A stretch of DNA of 64,000 bases, taken from assembly GCA_038087875.1 (NCBI GenBank), contig CM075989.1, positions 5,704,001 to 5,768,000 of the forward strand, written 5' to 3'. Position numbers and translations under genes: made by a program. Of this stretch, positions 50,253 to 61,807 are shown piece by piece. The notes under the pieces are model-generated. The model was not told where the DNA came from. It ran no database searches and was given only the letters and a program-made list of their open reading frames with translations. Numbering within the stretch: position 1 is the first letter of the stretch; each line of letters begins with the position of its first letter. Origin of the DNA: Malacoraja senta (Eukaryota).

Positions 50253-52299
50253 AAGGGCTGTCTCACTGTGCGAGTTGACCCACGAGTGACCCCGAGTTTA
50301 AAACAAATTTAACTCGTGGTAATCACGTACAATTAACGTAGCGGGAACGTTGGAACTCGTGGACGCAACTTAGCGACTCTTGGCGCTAACGGGGAGGTAC
50401 ACGTGAAACTTGTTAACTCTTGCAAAAGTTCAAACATGTTTGTACTTTTCCACGAGTAAAAATGTACTCTTGAGGTTAAAATTTGAAACATTTTAAACTC
50501 GTTGTAAGATCGTAGTGGCCCGTGCGTTTACCTTTGTGACTCGTGATTCTACCGTGGGAACTCTTTTTAGAAACAATAATCAGGGACAGAAATATCAGTT
50601 ACTTAGACTTTTAAAAGACAAATTCTGCTTAACAAAGTAAAAGTTATTGATAAGGTGACAGAGTGGGTTGAAAAAGTAAAAATTGCTTGAAGTTTATATA
50701 TAGATTTTGTGTTATTTGGGACTGAGCTCACAACCTTAAGACAAACCAGTATTGAGGAACAGCGTGGAGAACATTTTATGACACTTCATGGCAGCCTAAT
50801 CTGAGGTTCCGTTTCAGCAATCTAATGACAGTGAGGAAGGAGCTGTCCCTGAATCAGGTAGTACATGTATATGAGCGTTTGTATTATCTGCTCACGGGGT
50901 GAAAGGAGAGGAAGGAATGGTACGTTGGCTGCTTCCTGAAGCAGGTCGAAGTGTAGATTGAGTTAATAGGGGGAAAGCTGGCCTGTGTAATAGACTGCAC
51001 TACATTTGCAAGTCTCTGTAATATATACTGCGCTCTTGGGCAAAGCTGCTCCCAAAACAGGCATTGATGCATCACAATATGATGCTTTGTACGATGTAGA
51101 CTGTGGAAGCTGGTAGGCTGCCCAGGCAATCAGACATGACTCCGGTGACTCTCATGTGCACTCTGAACTCGTCAGCTGGACAGAGGGAAAAAAAGGTGAG
51201 TAAAAAAAATGTGACTTCAACATCAGCACGTGACCTGGGTCAATCTTGGGCGTTTCACCTCATTGCTGGTGAATCTTTTTGATAAGAAGCTTGCTAGAGA
51301 TGGCTCCCAGAAAAGTTCGACGAAAGGGAAGAGCAGAGCCTTACATAAAACCTGCCATGGAGGCTATAGTCATACAGGAGGAGGAGGAGGAGGAGGAGGC
51401 AACAGGAGATTCAACAGGAGATTCAACAGGAGATGCCACAGGGGAGAAGTCAACTGCCTGTGGGCTCCCAGGTAGCTGTGTGTGAAACAGCCTCAGACGT
51501 GGATGCCCCATTCAAGGGAAGATGGAATAAAGTTTAAACCATTTAACTTCGACAGGCAGCAAGAGGGAGACCTTGTAGAGTGGTTTCAGGCTAATGAAAT
51601 CCTCTATGACAAATCTAAAGAAGATTATCGTAATAGGGACAAGAAGCGTGCTCTGTATGAGGAAAAGGCAGCGGAGTATCCTGGGTGCACATGTGAGTAC
51701 ATTATGATATATTAGGGTATCAGCAGGTAAACCATTTTATTTTATCCAATATTGAAAAATGTTCAGTGTTATTGCTGTAAAAGTTCTATATTTGACATCA
51801 AATTCAACTTCTCTAGTAGTTCTGTGCCCTGCAGCTGTAAAGTTATACGTTGCAGACACATTTCACAGGTTGTGTGTTTGAAGTTTGAATCCTGTCTCCA
51901 ATAGCCCATAAAATTAAATATGCGTGAAGACAGGCAATTAACACATGTGATGCTTGTCTTTAAAAGGCTGTTTGTTTTGAACTTTGAATGATGTCTTCAA
52001 GAAAGACAATATTAAATAGCTATTAAAACAGGGCAACAATTTAACAGGACTTAATGGCTTTCAGGTACATTTTTCAACACGTCGATATACATTGTTGCCT
52101 CAAGATTAACGGGAGAGGAACTTGGTACACTCAGGAGACGAACTTGGAACATCGCAGAAATGAGAAGTAAACGGCAAACTTAGACATACCCGTGGGAACT
52201 CGGTTAAACTCTGGATCATAAACTTGTAGTCTCGTACGCAACCACGAGTCTTTCACTCGGGGTCACTCGTGGGTCAACTCGCACAGTGAGACAGACCTT
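50253..52299 (+). mobile_element. PIF/Harbinger DNA transposon (internally deleted) carrying a Myb/SANT-MADF gene remnant
   Basis: 45-bp TIRs 50253-50297 / 52255-52299 (1 mismatch); flanks TAA/TTA; empty site ccctaactagcg in copies A and B. Confidence 0.9.
51300..51692 (+). pseudogene. Harbinger Myb/MADF-like DNA-binding protein, first coding exon (frameshifted)
   Basis: MAPRKVRRK, an acidic run, then QQEGDLVEWFQANEILYDKSKEDYRNRDKKRALYEEKA (MADF-like) ending at a gtgagt donor at 51693. Confidence 0.7.
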
Positions 52300-53314
52300 T
52301 TACTAGCGCCATGATTTTATACACCTCAATCAGCTCACCACTCAGTATCCTCCACTTCAGCGAAACAAATCCAGGTCATCTAATTTCTTCTTACAACCAA
52401 AATTCAGTCATATGCTCCTCGACACTCTCTTTAGCACAATTACATTCTTCCTAGAATGTGGTGAGCAGAACTGCATATGTACTCCAGGCATAACTGGACC
52501 AATGTTTCATTAAATTGTAACATAACAGTCCTATATTTTCTTCTATGCCACGGCCAAGGCGAGCATCCCATGTGCACCACCTTATACACCTGTGCTGTCA
52601 GTTTGGATCTGTGGACCTGTACTCCAAGGTCTCTCTGTTCATTGGCATTCCATAGGGCCCTACCATTTACAGCGTCGGTTCCAGCTGTTATCAGGTAACT
52701 GATCCATCCTCTCCGCAGCAAGAGTGCGGTTAGAAACATAGAAACATAGAAAATAGGTGCAGGAGGAGGCCATTGGGCCCTTCGGCCCATTCATTGTGAT
52801 CATGGCTGATCGTCCCCAATCAATAACTCGTGCCTGCCTTCTCCCCCGTATCCCTTGATTCCACTAGCCCCTAGAGCTCTATCTAACTCTCTCTTAAATC
52901 CACCCAGTGATTTGGCCTCCACAAATTCACAACTCTGGGTGAAAACGTTTTTTCTCACCTCAGTCTTAAATGGCCTCCCCTTTATTCTAAGACTGTGGCC
53001 CCTGGTTCTGGACTCGCCCAACATTGGGAACATTTTGCCTGCATCTAGCTAGTCCAGTTCTTTTATAATTGTACATGTTTCTATAAGATCCCCCCTCATC
53101 CTTCTAAACTCCAGTGAATACAAGCCTAGTCATTTCAATCTTTCTGACCTCCCATCTACCTCATGGGAGAAGTTTGAATTATCTTTAATCGGACTTTCTC
53201 AGATCTTATCTTGCACTAAATAATATACCTTTTATACATAATTGTGTACATACTTGTGTACATACTTGAATACATAATTGTGGTGGTAGTAAGGTTATAG
53301 CAGTACCGGGAAGT

Positions 53315-53514
53315 NNNNNNNNNNNNNNNNNNNNNNNNNNNNNNNNNNNNNNNNNNNNNNNNNNNNNNNNNNNNNNNNNNNNNNNNNNNNNNNNNNNNNN
53401 NNNNNNNNNNNNNNNNNNNNNNNNNNNNNNNNNNNNNNNNNNNNNNNNNNNNNNNNNNNNNNNNNNNNNNNNNNNNNNNNNNNNNNNNNNNNNNNNNNNN
53501 NNNNNNNNNNNNNN
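53315..53514. other. Assembly gap (200 N)
   Basis: Run of N. Confidence 1.
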
Positions 53515-55404
53515 AGAGTCTAACTTGGTTTCATCTTTCTAGCGTTTTTTTTAAACACAACCTCGCTGTCCCCACTACCTTCTAATTTACTTCATTTATG
53601 CCTCATTTCCATGGTCTCCCTCACCACAGAACGTGACCATTCATGTCAAAAGCCTCAGAGCAGTCCTTTAACGGAAACTGTCTTCTTTGTAAAGTGCTCA
53701 GACAAGACATACAGGTTTGTAAGTTAATTGACATGGAATAATTGTAACAAGATGAAGAAGGGTCTCGACACGAAACGTCACCTATTCCTTCGCTCCATAG
53801 TTGCTGCCTCACCCGCTGAGTTTCTCCAGCATTTCTGTCTACCTGGAATAATTGTAAGGTGACCTTAGTGTGTGTAAGATTGTGTTAGTGTGTGGGGATC
53901 ACTGCTTAGCGTGGACACGGTGGACCGAAGGGCCTGTTTCCATGCTGTATCTCAAAACTAAACTAAAAGTGTTTTTTGGACGTTTCCAATATGATAACTA
54001 TTTTAGTTTAGTTTATTTTTGTCACATGTACTGAGGTAGGGTGAAAAGCTTTTGTTGCACCAACATTGGTGAGCTGACATTTTGCCACGGCATTTTTTTA
54101 TGGAATTTACTTTTATCATAGACTTGCAGTAAGGATGATGGGATGTTATTGTGACTTGACACTGACCTATTGACATGAGACCTAAGATTGACAAATATAG
54201 CCAGATCAGTCGCAAGTGCAATGTCTCAGACAAACTTCGGAAACTTAATCAATCCAAATTGAGAAGGGGCCACATCATAATGTTGTGCTATATTCCAAAC
54301 AAACTGATGAGGAATAAAATGATCATACACACTCTAAGATAGTGAATGGGTTGTTTAGAAAAATGTGTATACCAGCCAAATCATTTCATAGCTCAGGACT
54401 ATAGAATAATCTTGCTTTGTCCCTCATGACTCTACAGACATTATGCAGCTAAGATGGAAAGTGCTTTATTCCTTGTATTGAAATGCGTTACATTGATAAC
54501 TACAGCATTCAAACAAAAATCTTTAAGAATGGCCTTGTTCCTTCAGTTATGTTTGATAAAATCTCACAGCAATGCACTTTCTATACAACACAATCATGTG
54601 GCGACACGGTGGCGTAACGGTAAAGTTGCTGCCTCACAGCGCCAGAGACCCGGGTTTGATCCTGACTATGGGTGCTGTGTGTACAGAGTTTGTACATTCT
54701 CCCCGTGACCTGCGTGGGTTTTTCCGAGATATTCGGTTTCCTCCCACACTCCAAGGACGTACAGGTTTGTGGGTTAATTGGCTTGGTATGAATATAAGTT
54801 GTCCCTAGTGTGTGTGGGAAAGTGGGAAAACTCAGTGGGCCGAAGGGCCTATTTTCGTGCTGTATCTCTAAACAAAACTAAAAAATGATCATGTGGTAAA
54901 ACGCAGTTAGATTTTTTTTAGGCTATTGCATTTCAGGTGCATTGTTCGTAGATTCTCCATAGATATTAGCCGAAAGAGACCTGCAAGGTAAAGTGGCTAC
55001 TGAGTTCCCAGTCTTGGGTGAATTTTTACAGCAAGGGGTCAGGTGTAGGTTAGAAACTTTGCTTTTCTGGGAATGTTGCAGAAAAAATAATCTGAAACAC
55101 TGTCATGTACTTCCTTGCGAATAACAACACTGCTGAGACCTAGGGAAGACATCTTTAAGTCTTGTCATCATTAGGTCACAAAGGATAGGAGTAAAATTAG
55201 GCCATTCAGCCCATCAAGTCTACACCATTCAATCATGGTGGTCTATCTCTCCCTCCCAATCCCATTCTCCTGCCTTCTCCCCATAACCTCATCAGCTACG
55301 CTTTGTGTGGACTTACAGATAAGGGGGACAAATAAAACACAATCTTAGCCTTTGATTAACAAGTTTTTTTTTAAATATCAAGAAAGGAAAAGGAAGCATC
55401 TTAC

Positions 55405-55475
55405 CAACTTGTGTTTTCTGCTCCAGACCCACCGGAAGTAGCCGTCCAAGATTTAGAAAATGAATTGTTGGTTGA
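55405..55475 (-). CDS. WDR93: WDR93-like internal exon (71 nt, phase 2 to 1)
   Basis: Acceptor ttttttgaatgtttcag, donor G/gtaaga. Translates SQPTIHFLNLGRLLPVGLEQKTQV; phase matches the upstream exon. Confidence 0.8.
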
Positions 55476-55608
55476 CTGAAACATTCAAAAAACATTTATA
55501 CACTTTGGTACAAAATACAAATGCTTAAATGAGCAAAGATGTGATCAAAAAAATCCATCCAGTTATTATGCTGAATCTATTAAAAGTTAATCTTGCGCAA
55601 ATCTCCCA

Positions 55609-58600
55609 TTTTATTTTGAAGTTACGTGAGTGACTACGTGAAGAAGCCCACCAGACCGCATGCGTGTCAATACGCTCTAGCGCATGGCGCGGGTCGGAGC
55701 AGTTTCCGCACTGCTCTGCTAGGTAAGTCAATTTTCTTCGGGCTGTTCTATAGCGGGCCCTAAAAAAGTAGCTTGGAAGCTCCACTGGAGCTAGCGTAAG
55801 TATTATATTTCGCAGCAGTCTCCAACGTGAGCAGGCGGCTGAAGTTAGGGCGCCATGCGCTGATGCCGTTAGTCTGCATGGCAGCGGACGACCCAGTTCA
55901 TAGACCGGAGGTTCTGTAGGAGCTGGGTTTACATGCAGACGGCCCTTATAAGAGAGCACCAGCTAGGATAGTTGTTGCAGCTGCCGACATTAGAGCTCCA
56001 TACGGGAGCAGGCAGCCAAAGCCAGAGATAGCGTGAAGCTCTGTAAGGAGCTTTCATTCATAAATTGTGGTTGCCGTTACTGCAGGAGATTTCCAGCAGC
56101 AGGTGAGTAAAAATAGCCGCGGCCGACAGCTACATTAGGTAGCTCAGCCTGATGTAGCACCTACAATTTTAACAAAGTTACTGCTACAGCTATGCTACAG
56201 CCACATATAGTGTATTTTTTCTATTGGACGGCTATAATAGAGTTGGCATTTATTACAATTGCCACAGGCCCCCGGTTGTGACTATGATAGCCGATAGTAT
56301 TCTATAAGCGGCAATCTCCACACAGATGGCATCCGTGGTCAGGATCGAAGCCGGGTCTCTGGTGCTGTGAACCCAGGTCTCTGGCAGCAGCTCTACCACC
56401 TGCACCATTGTGCTGGTATCCTTTGCTTTATAATTCTATCAGTTCAGGTTTAATTCTTTGGCAATATCACAAATATGTCTTATCATGCCAATTTAGTTTA
56501 TGTTTTTTAAGAGAAAATTTCAAGGGACATTTATTATCACTTACACCAATAAAAAGGTGTAGTGGTATTGGACCTGCCATTGCAGTCCAGAGCTCCTGGC
56601 TTGGGAAGCCTTGTTTGAGCTGTGCCTATCAGTCACCTGTCGGAGCTACACCTGATGGCATCATGGTAATTTCCGCTCATTAGAGGGGACTGTGGAAGAT
56701 TCCTTTACAAAGAGTGTCAGAGATCAGTCCTTTACAAAAGACGGCAACTTTATGCATATCAATAAAGTAATCAAATCTCTGATTTAATAGGGATAGGGTT
56801 ATTTTAGTCATATAACGTCATTGCCTAGGACAACACCTGGCAGGGTTGCAGCATTTCTCCCACTTTGTCTGGCGTATGGGGGCCAGAGGCGCTCCTGTCC
56901 TTCCCTGTAATATTTCCATTGGCTCCGGAAGAGAGCAAGGACTTGGAGTCACTAGCAGGTGCACTCTGTTTGATAATCATGATAACAACAGAGCACCGAT
57001 CTGCAGCTAGTCTCGGTTCGGCTGCTAAAGGAAGCAGCCTGACAACCCCAAGTCGGGGCAATATCATAGCCAAGTCTTGGGACATCTATGCCAGATATGA
57101 TTGGGCTTTGTCCCAATTAGAACATATGATGAATCATATTATAACACAAAGAATGCTACGTCTTATGAAGGCATGTCAGGCAGCAGCTCCTGGTTCAGGG
57201 TTGCAATATTCCTCCCACTCGTATGAAAAGAGTGGTGGAGATGGTGCCAAAGTATATGCACGTATGCCTGAAGCAGCTCCTGGTTCAGGGTTGCAATATT
57301 CCTCCCACTCGGATGAACGTAGTGATGGAGATGGTGCCAAAATTATATGTACACATGCCTGAGCCAGCTCCTGGTTCAGGGTTGCATAAGTCCTCCCACT
57401 CGGATGAATGGAGTCATGTAGATGGTGCCAAAGTTATGCACAAAAGCCTGAGGCAGCTCCTGGTTCAGGGTTGCATAAGTCCTCCCTCTCGGATGTATGA
57501 AGTAATGGAGATGGAGCCATGTATATTATGCTCCGTAATACGGAAGCATGCACAGACAATCCGAGGCATACGGATATGGCAACGCCTGGTTCAGGGTGCA
57601 ATTTTTTCTCCAACTCTAAAAGAGTGTCAGAGATCAGTTCGGACTGACTCCAAACATGACCCCGAACATGACTATGTGCTGGGATCCCATGCTTTAATGC
57701 ATGATGTACGACAATCGCATGAGAAAAAGCTGTGTGCTCTTGCCTCTAAATTTGTTGCTCCCTCGGGGACGGACTAGGCACTACAAGAGAAGTTGGCCAG
57801 CGGCATCAGCTATCTAACAGAAATGACAAACATGATGGACAGAGTCTGCAAATGGAACTTCGCTGAAGCTCCAACAAAGGTAAGCGACCTGGGGTTAGAG
57901 ACGCCGGTAAGTAGGTCTCATTATTAACCTCCGTAAACTCCGAAATGGAGCAGTCTGTCGGCTCAGCTTGGGTTTACTGCCAGCATGGGTTGTCTAGTCA
58001 TTTTTTCACTGTCTCTGAGATAAGATCAGGTTGATGGAGAGACATTAGCAAGGTGCCTTACACAGTAACCTCTGTAAGTTCCAAGCAGGAACAGTTTGGT
58101 TACCCTGGATCAGGATAGACCATCATGAAACTGGCTGGCTATACGAGTCATAGTGACCAGAGAAGCACTGCTTCATCATCTATGAGAGGTTATCTGACTG
58201 GTCAATAGAATTAAGTAGTTGAAGTTTTTTCTCAACATATGGTTTATTTCTCCTCAGTTAGCAGAGTTACTGGTTCATTGGAATCTTCATTGCCATTTTC
58301 TCTGGGACAGGTAGTTACCAGCAGGAAGCTCGTCTGGCATATATTATAACTTTATCTGGCCTGCAGGTTCATGTTGTGAATCAACAATGTATTCATAATA
58401 ATCCATAGGTTCTCAATACCAATATTCCTGATTGAGTGGTGCATCGAACAAATTGTGTTATGCACTCTGGAGACTTAGACATGTAGTCTCAGTCAAAGGT
58501 CTGCGAGGTAATTCTTGATTCAGCCTTACATTATACCAATCTCCACTCTGAAGGGAAACGCTACGTATTCATCGTGGCTCTTAGTCAAGAGTTGACAGGG

Positions 58601-59564
58601 AACTAGTTTTCTCAACATCTAAGGGAAACTGTGGTTCAGCTCTAGTCATTAACTGTTGATTATATTATATTATCAGCGATATGTATGAATAGCTAGATAT
58701 GCATCTTCCGCGGGTAGGGGAACCCCACAAAATTTCAGTCCGTAGGATCAACGGAGGAACAGCGGTTCCAATTACATTCAGTGACAACTCATCCGGGGAT
58801 GTGTGGTCTGACCTAGGATTAGAGGGGTATATTTCTCAAGATTACAGAAATATGGTGCAGGCCGAATCGGGTTAGCATCAGGCTAATCAAATTGTGGGTT
58901 TACTTACCCAGTTTAAGATGGATGATTGCGTGTCTTCAATTTAACTAACTCAGAGAATTGATCTTGTAGTTGCATACTCTCTCATATCTATACACATAGG
59001 CACAGTTTCTGCTGTTTTATAACAAAGATAGTGGTGAAAGCCTATGCTGCCCTTCTCAGATTAAGGGCATTATGTCATCAAGTTTTAGGTATTATGCAAA
59101 ATTGCAAATGATAAATCTTATGGGTTGTCGGTAGATATTTTGGCGATATTACATTTAAGGCAACATGGAATTTAACAGTACCAATTTGCCTATTCAGTCA
59201 CGCCATGGTAGACGGCAGAAGCAACTCTTATTTACTCCTTCACGTGTGACACCAGAGAACATCTAAAATAGAAAGATTAAACGAGAACTTACCGTTTGAA
59301 GTTTGATCTTTATTTTATGAGAAGTCACGATGAGGGATTACGTGCCCTCCACTCCCGACCCTACTCTCATAAAGATCATTCGGTAGTTCTAGCCTTCAAT
59401 CTTTCTATAGCTTAGGTCAGCAACTATTCTGTGGGTTCATACAGCTACTTTGAAGATTGACGCGCATGCGGTCTGGTGGGCTTCTTCACGTAATCCCTCA
59501 TCGCAACTTCTCATAAAATAAAGATCAAACCAAACGGTAAGTTCTCGTTTAATCTTTCTATTTT
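55609..59564 (+). mobile_element. Degenerate or non-autonomous DIRS1-type element with both termini
   Basis: Left ITR 55609-55671 is inverse to 59456-59492 (37 bp, 1 mismatch). The ICR and right-extension inverted repeat 59249-59344 / 59487-59580 is homologous to that of 31035-32558. ATTTT at both ends. Confidence 0.85.
57173..57610 (+). repeat. ~90-bp minisatellite, about 4 full units plus 1 partial, inside the DIRS element
   Basis: Units start near 57173, 57264, 57355, 57444 (cagctcctggttcagggttgca...gatggtgccaaa); translate as PEAAPGSGLQYSSHSDE..DGDGAK. Confidence 0.9.
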
Positions 59565-60173
59565 AGATGTTCTCTGGTGTTGCATTGTTACTTCAGACCA
59601 ATGCACATGATGTAAAGTTTTAATAAGATAATCGTCTTATCAACATGCTTAACTTTGTAATGTGTGAGGAACTGGGGCAGCCAAGGGTAACCTACATGCT
59701 CATAGAAAACATGCAAACTCCACGCAGACAGCCCCAGTCAGGATTGAACTCAGGTTACCGGAGCTGTGAGGCAGCAGGTCTACGAGCTACTCCAGATGGG
59801 ATGGTCCATCCCATTATGTAGTCACTTACATTGCTGTTTGTAGGGGCTTGCTGCATACAAATTGTTTGCAATGTCCAAATTATCCGCTGTGTTACTTAAC
59901 ATTTCAACGGTGGTTACGCTACAAGAAGTACTCAGTTTAGTTTAGTTTATTGTCACATGTACCAAGGTACACTTTTGTTGTATGCTATCCAGTTAGCGGA
60001 AAGACGATACATGATTACAATTGAGCCATCCATAGATACTTAATTAGCTGTAAATACTTCGAGACATCCCAAAGGAATGTGAAGAGTACAGAATGGAAAC
60101 AAGTACCGATATTTCTTCTAATTTGTACTATTTTATGTAAATGTATTAAAGTGGAAATAGTAATGACAAAAAC

Positions 60174-60354
60174 CTTTGCTTTTCTTCACTCTGTTCTGTT
60201 GTGTCTTTAGATAGATAGGTCTCATACATTTCTTCAAATATTTTCTTTTCTCCATTCCACTGTTGTGTAGTAATGACATGGTTCTGGCCTGTACCAATAA
60301 TGCTTCCATCATCAAGCTTCTGAAGAGCATCAAATGGATTTTTCCAAATGCAAT
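60174..60354 (-). CDS. WDR93: WDR93-like internal exon (181 nt, phase 1 to 2)
   Basis: Acceptor tttgtttttcatatag, weak donor AG/gttttt. Translates (D)CIWKNPFDALQKLDDGSIIGTGQNHVITTQQWNGEKKIFEEMYETYLSKDTTEQSEEKQ, resembling the vertebrate WDR93 segment KSPL..GSGQNH.I...QW....IF...Y..YL as I recall it. Confidence 0.85.
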
Positions 60355-60946
60355 CTATATGAAAAACAAAATATTGATCTCACATTAATGCAAATTTATG
60401 AGTATTTTAGTGGTGAGATCTGAGAGGATGTAAGTACATTTGTTGCGACTGGAAAGTAGAACTAGCTGCTCCTTGACATTTTCTCTCACCCACTTCAGAG
60501 GATCTGCAGCAACCATTTACTTCTAGTACATCATTCATTTCCCAGATGACAAGTGAAAATTGTGTGGTAAAGGAAAGGAATTAATGGCGAAAGAAGCAAC
60601 TTCTGCCCTTCAACTAATCATAGATGATATATTTTCTCCCAGTCTCTCATTCTTTAGTTTTTGTTCACCTAATAACCTTTTCATTTCTATTATTCCTCTG
60701 TTCTGGAGAAAGAAATAGAGAAGGGAAATCAAGAATCAGAAGATATTGGTTTGTGAGAGGGGAAAGGTTTGATGGGAACCCGAGGGGCAACGTTTTGGAA
60801 CGAGGGGCCAGAAGAGGTAGTTGGGGAAGGTAGAATAACAACGTTTAAAATACTTTTTACAAGTATATGGATTAAAAAAAAAGGTTTACAGGAATATGGG
60901 GAAAATTCCTGAGGTGAGACGAGCGAACATGGGGCATCTTGCTCAA

Positions 60947-61377
60947 GGATTGTAGGTCAACCACTACAAAAATTGTATCTATCATCCTACCTTAAAAACA
61001 TACTAAGGATGGCCAATAACATTTCCTCTGACACCAACCACGTTCTGAATAGTGAGTACAATTTGTTACCATCAAACCGGAGATATAGGGTTCCAAAATG
61101 TCATAAGGTTAGAATGAGGGGCTCTTTTGTGCACCAGTCAATCCTTGAACTAAACAAGGCGCTTAATCCCAGATCAAACGTACGCTGACGGGCCATAAAT
61201 GTGGTCTTCTTTTATTGTAATATCTTGTCGTATGTGGGTATTTTGAGATCCAGTCTTGATATCTTGATGCGTGTCTTCTTTCGCCCCTCTTGTCTTTTTT
61301 GTGATGCTGTAAATGGAGCTTCTGTGATGCAAAACAAATTTCAGACTTGCTCTGACAATGAAGTATTATCGTATCGT
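60947..61377 (+). mobile_element. Rex1-like LINE 3' end fragment
   Basis: ANNISSDTNHVLNSEYNLLPSNRRYRVP...SFVHQSILELN followed by a 3' UTR. Confidence 0.7.
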
Positions 61378-61807
61378 TCCTTGATCGGCATGGTCAAGTG
61401 GGGCTGAAGGGCCTGGGCGACTCTAAGATCATGATTTAAGATGTTAACGTTATCTATCGCGCAACAAACGTTTGCCTGTTCTACGTTTTTTCAATGATGT
61501 CTATATTTTTGACTTTTGCCTCAGATATTGTATCTGCTTGATGCTGGGTGAAACTTCACTGAACAAAAGGAACAACATGACTTGCAGAGACATTTTGGTT
61601 TTTCGGTTAATCGTCCACTGTAAATTGTCCCTCGTGTGTAGGGAATGGATGAGAAAGGGGGATAACAAAAAACGAGTGTGAACAGGTAGGCATAGACCCA
61701 GTGGGCCGAAGGGACTGTGTCCATGCAGTATCTCTAATTTAAAATAAATAACTAATTCACCTAGCAATTACCAATCATAGTGATTTATCTTACTGCTTAC
61801 ACCATTC

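Larger units (their letters stand above)
50111..53314 (+). repeat. Third, more diverged partial copy (C) of the duplicated unit
   Basis: 50111-50252 and 52303-53314 align to about 42980-45177; lacks the Gypsy patch but has its own Harbinger and CR1 insertions. Confidence 0.88.

Noticed and set aside
57173..57610. Regularly spaced repeats suggesting a CRISPR array
   Set aside because: The whole 90-bp unit repeats with no unique spacers, there are no cas genes, and the context is eukaryotic; it is a minisatellite.
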